Source of the DNA: Saccostrea echinata
Lineage: Eukaryota
Direction of reading: 5' to 3'
DNA length: 64,000 nt
NCBI RefSeq assembly: GCF_033153115.1
Contig: NW_026889765.1
Span: forward strand, 28,148,001 to 28,212,000
This document shows, piece after piece, positions 37,401 to 51,705 of this stretch; the stretch's first letter is position 1, and every line of letters starts with the position of its first letter. The translations under genes and the position numbers were made by a program. Under the pieces are notes generated by a model that did not search any database, was not told the origin of the DNA, and was given only the letters and a program-made list of their open reading frames with translations.

Positions 37401-38439
37401 AAATAACATTTTTAAAGGTATTATGTATTTTCAATATACTGTATGACCAACTTAGCCTCACCTTATGGTCTAAATACTGGAGAGACAACGGGTCAATAAA
37501 TCTAGTATATGTATTTGGTAAAGGTTTATAGTCATTGAAATTATTTAATTTTTTTTGTCCACTAGATCTTCTTTTCAAAGGAACAATATTTTTCAAAAAT
37601 GTGATGAATTTTTAATCTTTACCAAACTATGCCCTACCCTATAGCCTGAACAAGGTGGGTATGAGTTTTTAATTTTGATAAAGGTTGAATACTCCTTTAA
37701 ATCATCTAAACAGTTTGTCTACTTAATGTCTAGGCGTTAAGAAGATTTTTCAATATATGCCCCACCATGAGCCATGAATTTCATAATTTTTATAATCTGA
37801 GGATTAATTGCTGTTTATAATCATCCTAACAGTTTGACTGCTTGCTGTTTAGAAGAAAAGACAATTTTTTGATGGTCTTGGTCCCATCCCTCAGGTCCCC
37901 GAGAAGCAGAGACCATATTTTTTGTCCTCTTTACCCATAAGCACCGGTGATGTGAATACACTTCACAAAGAGGATTTTAAAGGCTCCAATATTTAGGGAA
38001 CCCCGTTTTTTCAACAAGCAACAAAAATTTTGAGTATTATGAATTTTGTCGAAAGTTACTTCACACAATGGGTCAAGACATTGACACTTTGTCGGAATGG
38101 ATAAAAAGTATAAGATGTTTATTTAAATCTCGTATTTAATAGTTGAATGACAAAAAAAAAATGCAGACCATGTATCCCTCTGTCTTCAATTAAAAAGATT
38201 ATATGATCAGTATGCACTAGTTTTAGCTGATAAACATGAAACAACATAGTCTTTGTTTATAAGGCTCATTAATACAAATGCATTTCAGAACTCTGATTTA
38301 ATTCTACCAGTGGCAATCCCACGTATACCCATAGATCATTATAATTATGATTATATGTCAATTTTAAATATGTTTGATATTCCAAAAACACAAATTGAGT
38401 AACCATACCTATACTGGATTCCAAACATAATAACAACCC

Positions 38440-39960
38440 TTACAGAGACTAGTAAATGCTCCACCAAGCCTCTTTCATTACTCTTTGTGAAAATATTAAC
38501 ATCAGAGAAGGGAGACCTTAAAAAGTATTGTGCAACAACATATTCAAAGGCGGTTTAATAAAATTTGAATGCTAAAAAAAACCCAAAGAACTTTTTGAAC
38601 TCACAAAATTTTGCCAAAATCAATAGCATCAAAACGTAAAACATTACACTTTATACGACCATTCCCGATGGTAAATGAATTAAGAGCAGACTCTTTGACA
38701 TCATAGACAACTGTTCCTTCAGTAAAAAGGGAACTACATGCAAGATATGTTCATATCTTGTGACTGGTCATTTTACTTTGTTAAATATTATTCTGAATTC
38801 ACACACAAACACTCTGTATTTGATATTTAAAATCATCATTGACAATATATATATGTGTAGTCTATGGAGACCAGGTGTTCCAACAATTGTTGGAATTGGT
38901 ACTAAATGTCCCCATTGTTAGCCTGTTTTTTGTATTCTAATTTCAGAAAAGCAAAATTTATCCAAAAAATTCTACATGAAAAGAGGAAAACAACTGCCGT
39001 TGCCTTCCATTCGAAATTTACATACTTAAGGATAAATAACACAAACATTTTTTTCTTCCAGAATTCAAATTCTTTGCTTAAATAGGTGCCTGTCTTACTA
39101 AAGAAGTGATATATGTTTAGTTTAACTTCATGTTTGACCAAGCGGTGAAAAGTTGAAAAATGTAACTTTACAATTCAGTACAATTTTTGAAAAGATTTAG
39201 AATGTAAGTTTTGTTCCTGTAAAGTTTCTGGGAACATTTTCAAGTTAAATTTCCAAATTAGATTTCCATTGAAAGAAATATTTTAAAAATAAAACATATT
39301 AACTCTTCTGTGTTGAAGATAAGAAAATTCGTTTGTGTTTGTATGAATCTTTAAGACATAACAGACACTGACACATCCGTTTCATATTTTAAGTTTAGCT
39401 AGTATATAGCTTATTTATATAATATATAGTATATAGTTTAATTAGATAGAGTAAGACACTGATAGCAAACTAAGAACTAAACTTTATGATAAATATGTGA
39501 TGATCTCAATTTTCTCTAGTCAACTTCCTTTATACAAGTATATGTGGCAATAAACGTATATCACCTGCGTAAGGTGTTTGTGTCTCGCAGTTGATTCGAT
39601 AGGCAAGAACAATTTCTAAACAGAGGCGGACTACTGACACATAACTTGATGTTACATGGGTTGGGGTCAACAGTTTCCAATATTTTGCAAATTCAATGGC
39701 CGATTCAATGACCTTCTTCGCACTTTCGAATGTTGACTGACGTATTCAATACCGATTGTTAGGCCATTTTTATACTAAATTGTCTACAGTGTATTCTTTT
39801 TACCTGATCAAGGCAAAGGGTTCAAGGCGGGTGTGATTGACAGGAAATACCTTTACCTCAATATCATGACATCTGATCCACCTCTAATGTTTTCAGAGGT
39901 TCTTGTTTGCTCTGCTGTCAATTTGTATTGTTAAACTGGACTTTTGAGCACGATTACTGT
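38440..39960 (+). mobile_element. Second, more degraded Penelope-like RT fragment
   Basis: clear similarity to 36520-37400 (caaaatcaatagcatcaaaacgt; aactttatgataaa; gttgattcgata). Confidence 0.7.
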
Positions 39961-42162
39961 TCTTCATGCTATATATCAAAATCGGTTGAAATAATTTCAA
40001 CTGATCAAGATGAGAAGCTAAAAATTTTCAAAAGTTTATGACTGACACGCGACGAACAAGTACAGACAAAAACCAAGTTTACTCATACTTGGTGGAGGTA
40101 AGTTGAAAATTTACAACATAAGTTTATGATATCAAATAACTACAAATGTCGATATCTTTTTTTTTAATGTTGAATAATATTTATTATATTGTCAACTTTT
40201 ACAAATCGTACTGTCTATAAAAATATGTCTGTGCTTGTGGGATAATATGTTAAAGCAGGACAATTGTTATATTGATGAATACTGCAAAAAGTTTTTTAGG
40301 ATTCTATACAGCAGGTGGACGCTTAAATGCCAAACGAGATATTGCGCGAAAAGTGCATCCTGTTATTTTTATGCTCCTGTACAAGAAGATAAATGGTGAA
40401 GTCATAGTGTACACAGATCAGCGCATGATGTGTATGTTGTCGGGCTTATACATGTAAAGCAACTAAATGTCAGTCTGTGCATCTGATATAAGAATTTCCC
40501 GAATTCCTCAAATAGCTACAGGGATTAGGTCAGCTATTAACGACTTGTTACATAACATATTCTAGAACTAGCATCCCCCACAAAAGACATATAGTCTATA
40601 TACTTCCACTAAAGAATCATTTACATCTCGAAATGTCGAAATGCTCTACTGTCTACACGAAATACTCTACTTGTAGTGAAAGTTGATATATAAATGGAGG
40701 GAAAATGTTCAAATGTGACGATCTATTTAATTAATTCTCTTCCAAATGTTTATGAATAAAGTTTTACTGTCCATGGAAGGGCAGATCGATATCATACCTG
40801 TGACAGGTGATTGAAACAGGGATGCCCGTGTACTTGCACTGTTAGAACAGGTATAAATTCGCTAGATACACGGGACGGTTGTCAATCTGTTGTAATTAGT
40901 GTAGCTTAATTGAAATAGCACGGTAGATAACAGTCTCTATCAATCCCAGTTGTTACATCAGGGACCTAGGATCAATACTGAATGTACAGTGTGCGTGCAA
41001 CAGGTTTTTACAAATCTGTTTCGCGATCGAATCGCTTTATCACCTCACAATAAACCCGTGCTGACACGATAATTGTCACTTCCTTTGTTTGTATACTACA
41101 AGATAAAATTAATATACAGTCTGTCCTAACTTTGTGGATCATGCGTGTTCGAGGTAGTGATGAATCTGATGACGTATTTTATATAATGAAAATACCAGAT
41201 GTCACACAGAACAAAACTGTACTTCTTTTGATGTTGTAGGCAATTTTTTCATCATATTAGGTGATCATTATCTAACACTGCAATTGATTCTCTCCCCTAA
41301 ATCTCTGAATAGCAAAAGGGTGTTCCCCTAGGAATACCAGTGCCCTCATCAATAGAACACTCTGTCTGACCTTGCAGATGTGAAAGATACAACTCATTTA
41401 TAAACATGTCAGAAAATTCCCCGTTATCGGAATTTTTAAGCTTATCTCTCGGTCTTTCGTTAGGGTTTTTTGTTACCGTTTTTCAACAGATATTCTATCT
41501 CGGTGTTTTCAAGGTCATTCGATGAACAAGTGTGCATGTGTGTGTGTGTTTGAGCACAAAATAACATTATTTCCTGTTGGGCTTTTGATTTTCACCCAAT
41601 AAATTATTTGTTCATTACATAGACAATGCTTTAATGAAACAATGAAGGACAATCCTGTGCGGAGTTATAAACCAATGTCATAAAAATTAACGAAAAAAAA
41701 ACCACAATATTTTTTATGCAAATCTTTAACCTGTTATTTATTAAAATTAAGTAAATAATTAGTATGACTTCATCCCATGTCAAAAAGAAAAAGTTACATA
41801 ATTTCCTACAATTCAACTGGTTGTAACTTCTTTCTGAAACTACTTTTTGTTTATTTAAACCTTGACTATCAGTTCGTTTCAAAACTTAGCTTTCGGAATC
41901 CAATTTTAGTTCTTGAAAACTCCCGATTCTTTACTAAGTATTTCAAATACATGTAAGGTTAACATGTGAATGCCATAGTTCCTCGGTAAAGCTTGTCATC
42001 ATACTATAACTTTACTAACTTTTTAGTCTAAATTTGGTTAAAAATTTTCCTCGTGACCTCTAGTTTTCCTAACCTTGTTAAGATCCAGTATCATCCAGAT
42101 AGAATCTTTGGTCCTATGTGTTCAGAAATCAATACGATATTTGTCAGCTGAGAGCAGCAAGC

Positions 42163-43441
42163 TACGATGGCCGATAGCGGCCGTCAATTTACACTAACGT
42201 TATGTGTGTAACATGTACAGCATTTTCAATGAAAACTCACTGACACATTACACCCAAAAGGAAAAGTGTACAAAGTGTACAGTGTCAAAGCAAATTTCAT
42301 GTACACTCTACACCAACGTTTTACGTGTAAAATGTCAGTAAAACTTTCATGTACACTCTACACCTAAAGGTGATATCAAGATTCAAAACAGATCCAATGT
42401 TTCTTTATCGTGCTGCTCCCTCAAAGTGCCTCTTGATGTTCACATAAACCTGAAGTAATTTTTTATTTATATTTTCGCTATAAGGAAATGGCTAAATAAA
42501 TGCGTCTGTCCAGTAGAAGATATCAAACAGTTCATATAGTTCTGGAAGTGAAAAATCTTGTTTCTAGTAAATATGGATGAAAGGTTATAATACATTTCAA
42601 AATATATAAAGTGAATCATTTTCTTTTACTTAGCAGTAATATTTACAATCATTTTCACACAATGTGAAATGAAAACAAGAATTGTTTTATATTGTGTGAT
42701 AATTATCACTTTCCATTTTTTGACTGGAAAATTTGAATGCTGATGTACCTCTCCTACTGGCAGACTGATCCGTTTTCCAAGCTGTGTCCTAAATAGCATT
42801 TTCGATAGTTATTATCATGATCTGATTAAGTACCTGTAATTTAATTGATGACCCTTTTAAACCTTTCATAAAATATACTAATTTTGCTCTTTACTGATTA
42901 TTTACCAAAGAACTTAATTTGCCAGCATTTCCTCAGGCCCCAAAACCATAAAATGAGAATAGACCTAAGTCAAAATTTTGATTTTTTAGCATCTTGAATT
43001 TTTTTTATATTGTTGCTTAAAAATTTGCAATTTTATATAACATTTAAACTGAAATATATGATGAAAATTTGGTTTCAATATCAAAATTATTTCAAAAGTT
43101 ATATTGGTTTGAAATTTTGACTTAAATCTATTCGCAGTTTATGGTCTTGGGGCCAGATCTATGTGAACTTCAAGAGGCACCTTGCGGGAGCAACACAAAG
43201 AAACACGTCTGGTTCCGTTTTGAATCTTGATTCACCTTTAGATGTAGAGTGTCCCTGAAAGTTTTTCTGACACTTTACACACATAACTTTGGTGTAGAGT
43301 GTACACGGAATTTGTTTGACACTGTACACTTTGTACACTTTTCCTTTTAGGTGTAATGTGTCAGTGAGTTTTCAGTGAAAATGCTGTACATGTCACACAC
43401 ATAACGTTAGTGTAAGTTGTCGGCCGCTATCGGCCATCGTA
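42163..43441. mobile_element. IS3EU-like non-autonomous element with ~280-bp TIRs
   Basis: TACGATGGCCGATAGCGGCCG...CGGCCGCTATCGGCCATCGTA; 6-bp TSD GCAAGC. Confidence 0.88.
42937..43153. mobile_element. Nested PIF/Harbinger-like MITE
   Basis: CAG|GCCCCAAAACCATAAA...TTTATGGTCTTGGGGC|CAG, ~40-bp imperfect TIRs. Confidence 0.7.
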
Positions 43442-44572
43442 GCAAGCCGCCACCAATAATAGCTTCTTCCCCCTTCTGTCATTTCGATTTATCATCAATG
43501 TTCGAGATATTCTCTTATCCAAGTTCGAATACATAAGCTAAGAGCGATATATACTTAATGTAAGCGTTTTTCCAATACTTGGCCATTGTCATTTTACGCA
43601 TAAAATTAATGTGATTGTTAAGTAATACACATATTAAGTAACCAATACATTGTATAAACATTTGATTCACTAATTAAACTTGTCTTTCCAGGAGAAATCG
43701 GTAACACATTTTTTTGTCAATTCTGTTGATAAGAGGCAACATCCCAATTAATTAGTTGAAAAGCTTAATTAAGGAAAGGGCCTATTAAACAGCTGCTTTT
43801 GCGATAAATTTATTTTGCATGAATGTGCGTATAACCCGTAATGGTACTACTTCCAGATACGATGAGTTGAAGAATGCAAATGCAGAAACCGAGAGCAAGA
43901 AGAAGTGACGATTCCAGATTGTCAGATCGGCCGGTGTAGCGAGGGTATAGGAAGTCGGTCACACATACATAAATCAGCCGTGATATGGGTAACCTACATC
44001 CTTAAACAAGATACGCTATAATGTAATTTATATAGTGTACCCTTTGGCAACCGTAAAACTGCGCCAATAGAATTATCAAAGAAAAGATGAAATGTGTTGA
44101 CTGTCACCCGATATCCCTATCACATAGGAAGTAATGTGTGAGGAAATGAGAGCTTATTATTTATATATTACAGGATTTATATATAAATGTATCAGATAGA
44201 GAAAAAAAATGTTAACACTATATATGTTATAATAGGAGAGTTGTTAGACATTATTGGAGAAATATATTTAAGAATTAAATGATATTTTAATGGGTGTCCA
44301 TTTATCAGAAGAGGCACGCATTGAATAATATAAGTTTAATGAATATAAGTTTAATTTATTTGTTTAAATATTTACATTTGCAAATGTTTTCTTTTATATA
44401 ACACTATTAAAAGCAACGCGTATCTATATCCGTATAATTTAATTCTGGTTGAAACGCCGTTTTTGATTGGATAAAAAATTTACTTTATATTGTATAAATT
44501 GGGTTGCCTACGTTACAATGACTTTCGTCAAAATCGTATCGATCCGCCTGACGTTACATTCAAATTTCGAAT

Positions 44573-44718
44573 NNNNNNNNNNNNNNNNNNNNNNNNNNNN
44601 NNNNNNNNNNNNNNNNNNNNNNNNNNNNNNNNNNNNNNNNNNNNNNNNNNNNNNNNNNNNNNNNNNNNNNNNNNNNNNNNNNNNNNNNNNNNNNNNNNNN
44701 NNNNNNNNNNNNNNNNNN
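44573..44718. other. Assembly gap
   Basis: 146 N. Confidence 1.
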
Positions 44719-44846
44719 AATTAGAAAAGATTTAATTTACAACGTTACAAGGCACTGTAGCAATTCTTGTTATTTTATTATTAAAGCTTATAGAAAACAC
44801 GTATATTATCAAACTTTTTGGTGTTGTCTCTGATTCTTATTCTTTA

Positions 44847-45138
44847 GTCCCCACTTGGTGCAGTGATTAGAGAGTTTGCTCTAGAGTCGAAGGGTAAGGA
44901 GTTGATCCTTACGTCGCAGGGTCGAATCCCCACTGCAGAACGTGGTCCCTTGGATCAAACCGTATAAACTAAGGTTCGGTGTCGCAGTTGGTGCTGGCAC
45001 GAAAAAGATCCCTCACTGCTCAAAGGCTGTATGTAGTGCATGAGTATAGGTCTTAGTTTGCAGCCCTCCAACAGCAAGTGGTGGCGTCTCTGTGCGAGTG
45101 AAAAATTCTCGAAGAGACGTTAAACAAACAAACAAATC
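44847..45138 (+). mobile_element. tRNA-derived SINE (Meta-domain-like), copy 2
   Basis: similar to 20396-20634; B-box-like GGGTCGAATCCC; AAAC tail; TSD ATTCTTTA. Confidence 0.8.
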
Positions 45139-45923
45139 ATTCTTTAAAAATCTTCGTTAACAAACAAAAAGTCGTATTCTTCATAGATGGTAAACCAACC
45201 ACGTTAACCGCTTACCTTCACTATTAGCTATTTTCATATAATTTCCTTTTAAATGTAAAGCAACGGCTTATAAATTACTAGTCAAATCAACATGAAAAGC
45301 TTTTTTCTTTATTTTGAAAATCAATCTTAATGTTATCTAGAGAGAGATGCATGTTACTACAAATCTTTATTTTTGCAATAATACTGCAGAGAATGCATTC
45401 CCTTTCCAAAATCCTATGTACTACATGTATATGCTCAGTATATTTGGCCCTTGAACATGTTCCAATGTGGATGAAATATTTTGCACATTTTACTCGAAGA
45501 AATAAAACGTGAAATTCTATTTATGGGACCAAATCACTGTCAAGGTAGTCTTAATACTGAGTAATATTATTATAATATAAGTTAAGTATATTATAATATA
45601 TGGAATAAAATTAGTGGACAAGACCTATCCTAACTTGTTCAGCTTGGAAGTTCATGTATCAATTAAATTGATTGATTGATTATTTCTTGTTTAACGCCGA
45701 ATCGATAGTATTTCAGCCATATTTCGGCAGCTACATGTAAGTATCAATAAGAAGAATAAAATGGCATTTTATTATATGCGGTCATTACTTGTTTTGCCAT
45801 TTTTTTCAATATACAACTTCAAGTGCGACTCTCTTGAATGTGCGTTATTGATACATTTATCATAAGTTTTTTTGTATTTCAGCTTTTATCAATGTTTTGG
45901 ACACCATTAGAACCAGTCTTTAA

Positions 45924-46408
45924 GGTCAAGATCTAGTAAATAAAAGGAGCCTACAGATTTCTCAAATTTGAGAAATAAATTCCTTTAATGAAGCTTTATA
46001 AGTATAGCTTGGTCAAATAAGATGGTTCGGGGCATAATTTGTAGATAAACAAGACGAAAAATCATATTTTAAACTGTCATTTTCAATGAAAAATTGAGAA
46101 AATCAGCCATGAATTTGGGAGTTTTTTTCCATATCAGACAAATTAATGTATCCAGATTGCCTACAGTCTCTCAGAAAACGGTAATTTGTATGTTCTTAGC
46201 CTTTTCTGTAAAATAATATTAAATTGAATATAGGTTTCGGGATTACTTTTCACATATTTCAAATTGAATTCCAGGAAAATACTATATTTTCTACATAATT
46301 CTATTACAGCCATAAAGTACGGGAAAAGGAAAGTATAAATTTGATTATGACGTCATAATGAATCAAGCATCAAAAAGGCAGTCTAAAATCATTTACTAGA
46401 TCTTGACC
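45924..46408. mobile_element. Kolobok-like MITE
   Basis: TTAA|GGTCAAGATCTAGTAAAT...ATTTACTAGATCTTGACC|TTAA. Confidence 0.82.
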
Positions 46409-47764
46409 TTAAAGCAGTCCTTTCTTTTGGTCATGGTGTTCAAATAGAGTCTACGGTACAAAGGTTACCTTTACTAACAATGATCTGATGAAAGCAAATG
46501 AAATATTTTCACACGGTTTTCATTCACATACAAAACTCTAGACACTTTACAGTGTCAATAAGCCATATCCTGATTCTCCATTTCTGGATAAGAATTTGTT
46601 TTCAGAACAGATTACTTTATGAAAATGACAATCTCTGGCCCCATAAAAGCCATAACGACGGCCGATACAAGACTTTGTGATGGAAAACAAACAATTTTCC
46701 TTCAAATAGGAAGGCCCTAAACCCAAAGGAGACTCTATAATGATAATATTTCCAAATCATGCTTTATCACTAAAGAGAGTCAACACAGAGAGACAGATGG
46801 GCCTCTATCGTCCTGTCGGACTCTGAATCCCAGAGGCGGGTGTGGGTCCGCCGGATCAATACTCCGTAACTAGAGCTATGCCACGTTTACGAGGTATCGT
46901 CCCAAGTCCGCAGTCGAACGATCAATGGAAGTCTGGAGGTAATAATATATATAAACTTGTATGTACATGTATAACTGCTCCATTCAGTGAGTAGTTTTTA
47001 GTTTCAAAGGCTTTTCTGTTTTTTGCATTTATCGCTGTGTGAGTCACGGATTTTTAATTAAATTGTTATACCTGTATGCAAATATTTCCGTTTCAGCAAA
47101 AAAGAGAATGCTAAACAAAGATGAATTACACGCCTGAAGACAGAGTAAATCATAATGAATTTACAGCACTTGGAAATAAATTCAATATGGAGGAATGACT
47201 CTTCGGTAAATGAACACGGATGTGACGTAGAATCTCATTTATATTAGCAACTTCCCACCGAACACATTCAGTTTTATATTAAACAAAATGATGGCAATTA
47301 AATTTTTTATCTGTTCAAGGTCTCTGTTGATATAAATTTTTCAAACTTTTATGAATGTTTCAATTAAATTGTTTAACTTTCACTAGCCATCACTACATGT
47401 GACTCAGACATATGGACAAGCAGGCATATGGACAAACAAATATAATTTAAAGCCAAAAAAGGGGGGGGGGGATTCAAAATTGATCCAATTTTTTAAAATT
47501 CTAAATTCACTTTTAAAAATATGTATTTTCACTTGAAGATCAATTTCAAGAAAAAGCTCGACTACATGATCCTATAATTCTTCAATCATTCAATTTCAAT
47601 TTATTACTAAAAATTACATGTAGTATATGAAATAGTTAATTTTGCCCATTATAAATCATCAAATAAAAGAAAAAAAACTGAATAAATGTAATTGTATTCA
47701 TACACTGGACGGCACAGTATACTTGTAGTGAAGTGATACATTGGAAATATTCATCAACATTCAG

Positions 47765-47766
<2 letters not shown>

Positions 47767-47808
<42 letters not shown>
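47767..47808. repeat. (TC)n microsatellite
   Basis: ~21 TC units. Confidence 0.95.
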
Positions 47809-47810
<2 letters not shown>

Positions 47811-50800
47811 AGAAAGAAAGAGAAAAAATATTCGTCTATATTTAATATTTAATTTGCATGTTAAACAGGAAGTAGAAATCATCTTTTTAAATCGTATCTT
47901 AATCAATGGTTCGTGACTTCAAAGAAGACAACAGAGGAGTGTTATTTAAAAAAAGGGGATTTATATATGAACTCCTCAATGAAGAATCCCTTACCACAAT
48001 TCCATTGTTTAACTCCGAATCACCGGATTACACTATTGACGGGAAACACAATCGATTTTAGCAATGCCTTTATTACATTATACAATGTTAATGAAGCGCT
48101 TAAAAAACGAAGAAGACTATTGCTTCAAAAACTATAGGATTGCCTCACCTAAGAGTCATCATAGAGAAAAAGCGCGTCATGAAGTTTATTTGTTTATTTC
48201 CCAATAAAAACTAGTTAGCACACACGATTTCATCATGATAAAGTAACATTTTATTATAGCAAAGAATATACAGCTGTGATTAATGGAAGGTTGTGTGGCG
48301 CATATTGTTTTCAGACGGAATACAGCATTAATGAAAATCTACAACTGACAATATGTTGAAGACTCTGGGCCGTTATCCTCCCGGGAAAGACTCTGTCCCA
48401 GTTCTTGGTTTTAATTTAAAATCGATACCCCCTCTCATTGGTGTTTAATTTTCCTCGGGACTGACTTCCATTAACCGCCGGCAGTACCACAACAAGGAAT
48501 GGTCACTTTATCATAAAATTCCCGGAATAAATACATTTTAACCTCTCAGATAATGAATTGGTCGCAAAGCTTAAGTGTGATTTATTGTCAAACGTTTACT
48601 TTCTAAACGTCCAGCAGGGTTCTATTTCTATACGATTAAATGCATTCTGAGTAAGGTAATTAACTCTGTGATTTTTACTGAATTCAAACAAAACTTAACA
48701 TTATCAAAGGTGCAGTAAAAGCCATGTGGCTCTACTTAAATCATTCAAATCAATGACAAGGAAGAGAAATGATCATAATCGTGAAGATCCTTAAAATAAT
48801 TTGAACAATTTTAAAGAATACTTCAATCTTTTATACAACAAATTCGAAACTTGTTAAATTACACGCTACATGTATACGAGTACTTAAAATTACTATTATT
48901 AACCATATAGTTTACTGCAGTAACCTGTTAGTTTGAAACATTCTAAAAGGAACGTATTTAACGCTTACTTTATGAACCATGCTGCATTACATAGAAATTT
49001 TGTTTCATTTCTAATAATACAAAATCTTATAAAAGTTATATAATATTAAATTAAATAAGATAGAGGAATCGAAAATTAATTAGCATTTTGGCTAATTCCC
49101 CACCCCAAATTTTTGAACTATCACAAATTCAGTACAGGCGTTTCAGAAAATGAATAATTATTGTAGGCCAAAAGCTAAATTTAGATAGTACAAAAACAAT
49201 AACGTTTTCTCCCGATTACAGACGTAGTGTATCAAACACTTATCGCATTATATGCCAACAATCATTAGCTATATCAATAAACTTAGTGTATCGGATTCAT
49301 TATAGTAGTTAAAGAGCCACCATTATCAATTACAGAAAACATCAAAACAGATAATACTATATAGTAATCGTTATCCTATATACTACAGACACAGGGATTT
49401 AGTAAATAGAAAAAAAAGACACGAAGAACGGAATTTAAATAACATTTTTAATTACTTCTACGTGTATGGGAATCTTAGCGTACTTATATGGTCATTTAAT
49501 CATATTTTACGTAAAAAACACTATCTTAACTGCTTCCTGTGTAGATCTAGTGCATTTGTTAAATTCTTAAATTCATTTTTTTTTCTTTATGAGGACATCT
49601 TAATAAAATGCTATTTTTCCAATGCATAATGAATCCATAAAGTTCTGAAATTGCCCCCCCCCCTCCCCCCCGACATCCTAATATGCAGAAATATTTACCT
49701 CTACTCTTCATAAACAAAGTGTTTCTGTAAAGTACACAATGACTTTTGTCCCCAGTCATTTGATTAAAAACCTTTCAGTTTGTCAAGGAAAGGAAGAAAA
49801 TGGCCTTAGTTTCAGAGGCAATAACAAATTATCACCCAAATATGGCACATGGCAGCACTCCTCGACGGCTTTCTGTCAAGGACATGATAGAATGGCATTT
49901 ATTGGTCTATTTAATCAGCCAATAATTATACAGCGGGGAACTACTAATTCTCTAATTACCGAGGAATAAGTCTTCAGTTAATTTGTTATGTAGTCGAGAC
50001 CAAAGGGAAGCATATAAAAGGAACCTCCGCGTGTTGAAATATCTAAGTCCAAACGTACTCAAATTACAAAAACATTTCGGAAAATCAAAATTACCTCTAT
50101 AATCCCTCTACTATTGAAGGTAGATTGTAAACTTACTGAATCAAGTTAATAAATTTACAGATCGTTTGACAGCTGTTATAAGAAGCAATTTTAAATGTGT
50201 TTAAGGCCTAAATAATCCTCTAACGAAGCTTGTCAAAATAATAATGAAACTGCAGGGAATATCCAATAAATGTTTTAGCCATGTTTTTGAAGGGATGTGG
50301 TGCATCATTACGTGCATGTATCACCTTTTCTGTACGGATTTTGTTTGAGCTGCAAATCAGGCTAACTACATGGAAATGTTGTATTTGATGCACATACATG
50401 ACGTGCATGTATCAACTTTTCTGTACGGATTTCGTTTGAACTTCAAATCAAGCGAAATATAGGCTGTATTTGATGCACATACATGTACCAGTTTTTATTT
50501 TATTTTCAAATGCTACTAGTATTATAAAATACTTATAGGTTGAAGAACTAAAAGGTCTCTCAGGAAAAAAAACCCAGAGGTACTCTGTTAATTTTTTTTA
50601 TCAAGCTCATTAATTTTTAACTCTACACTGCATATAGAGAAGGGGGGTTGAAAGCATTATAGGTAGATATAATAATTATTATAAGCTAACATCAGCCTTT
50701 CTTTCATTTTTTTAGGGAAAAAACCTTGAAGTATCATGATAAATCTGATAAGGGCATGCGGGCTTCCATGTAGACAGGGAATGATAAACACATGATCGGG

Positions 50801-51204
50801 AAGGCTTGGGCTATTATCATTTTATACTCACTTTTAACTGAGAGAGCGCACGTGTTCCACGAATTCCAACATTATGATACACTGTACATATACTCAGCAG
50901 TGAAATAGGTCGATCATATTATAGCGGTATAACATGCAGTTATTAAACCCCTGTTAATGTCAGTCAGTGCTCACAGCTATCAGATTATTTGACTCCTGAG
51001 ACGAGCCCTCGAGGAGATAAAGTGCTATTTAGAATAATTTGGCTACATTGCCAGATGTTATGCTACTGATTTGATGGTCAGCTGGATTTTCTCGAGGCAA
51101 GTAAACCCCGATTTATGTAAATAAATGAATTGGCGGATCCAGTTACAGTTGTAGATATCTAACCAGGATGTTTTCAAGAAGAAAAAAAATTGGCTGAGAC
51201 TCAC

Positions 51205-51705
51205 CCTACAGACGCTGCAGCTCCACCTAACGGAGTATGCAGTATCACAGTCGACTCTCTCCAACAAACTGGCAAACAGTTGAAACTCCTCAAAAGCACT
51301 GTTATCGCTTCTCATCAGGTCTACCAGAGTTTGGTTACATTCAATTTTGCCCATCCATCTCTCGGATTCATTTTGAGGTATTATATGGTTGAGAGTGTAC
51401 ATATTGCAAAATTTTAAGTGTATCTCGGGAGGCCTGAGCGTCCTTTTATCGACACAAATATCTTGTATTAATTGTTTATCAAGAAAAAGGCACTGATTCT
51501 TGATTTTAGAAGGTACATTCGAATGATACACTGGTCCGCAAACGGAGAGCTCAGGAAAACCCGAGCCAAGACACGCTTTTGTAAACACCATGACGGTTGT
51601 TACAAGGATAACACACTGTGTGTATGTGCACCTTGTCCAGATGGTCGGTTTGTGAATGTTCGGCTTAACATATGACGTATTCCCATCTTCATAGCTTAAT
51701 ATCAT
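51205..51705 (-). CDS. NALF1: NALF/FAM155 (NALCN auxiliary factor; NLF-1/Mid1-like) coding exon 1
   Basis: ATG preceded by an in-frame TGA; hydrophobic N-terminal segment; LKFCNMYTL..C..D..A.EEFQLFASLLERVDC...YSVRWSCSVCR|gtgagt, phase 0, joins exon 17214-17043. Confidence 0.88.

Noticed and set aside
51058-51204. C-terminal part of the 215-aa ORF
   Set aside because: Reads through the GTGAGT donor into intron; family similarity continues in exon 17214-17043 instead.
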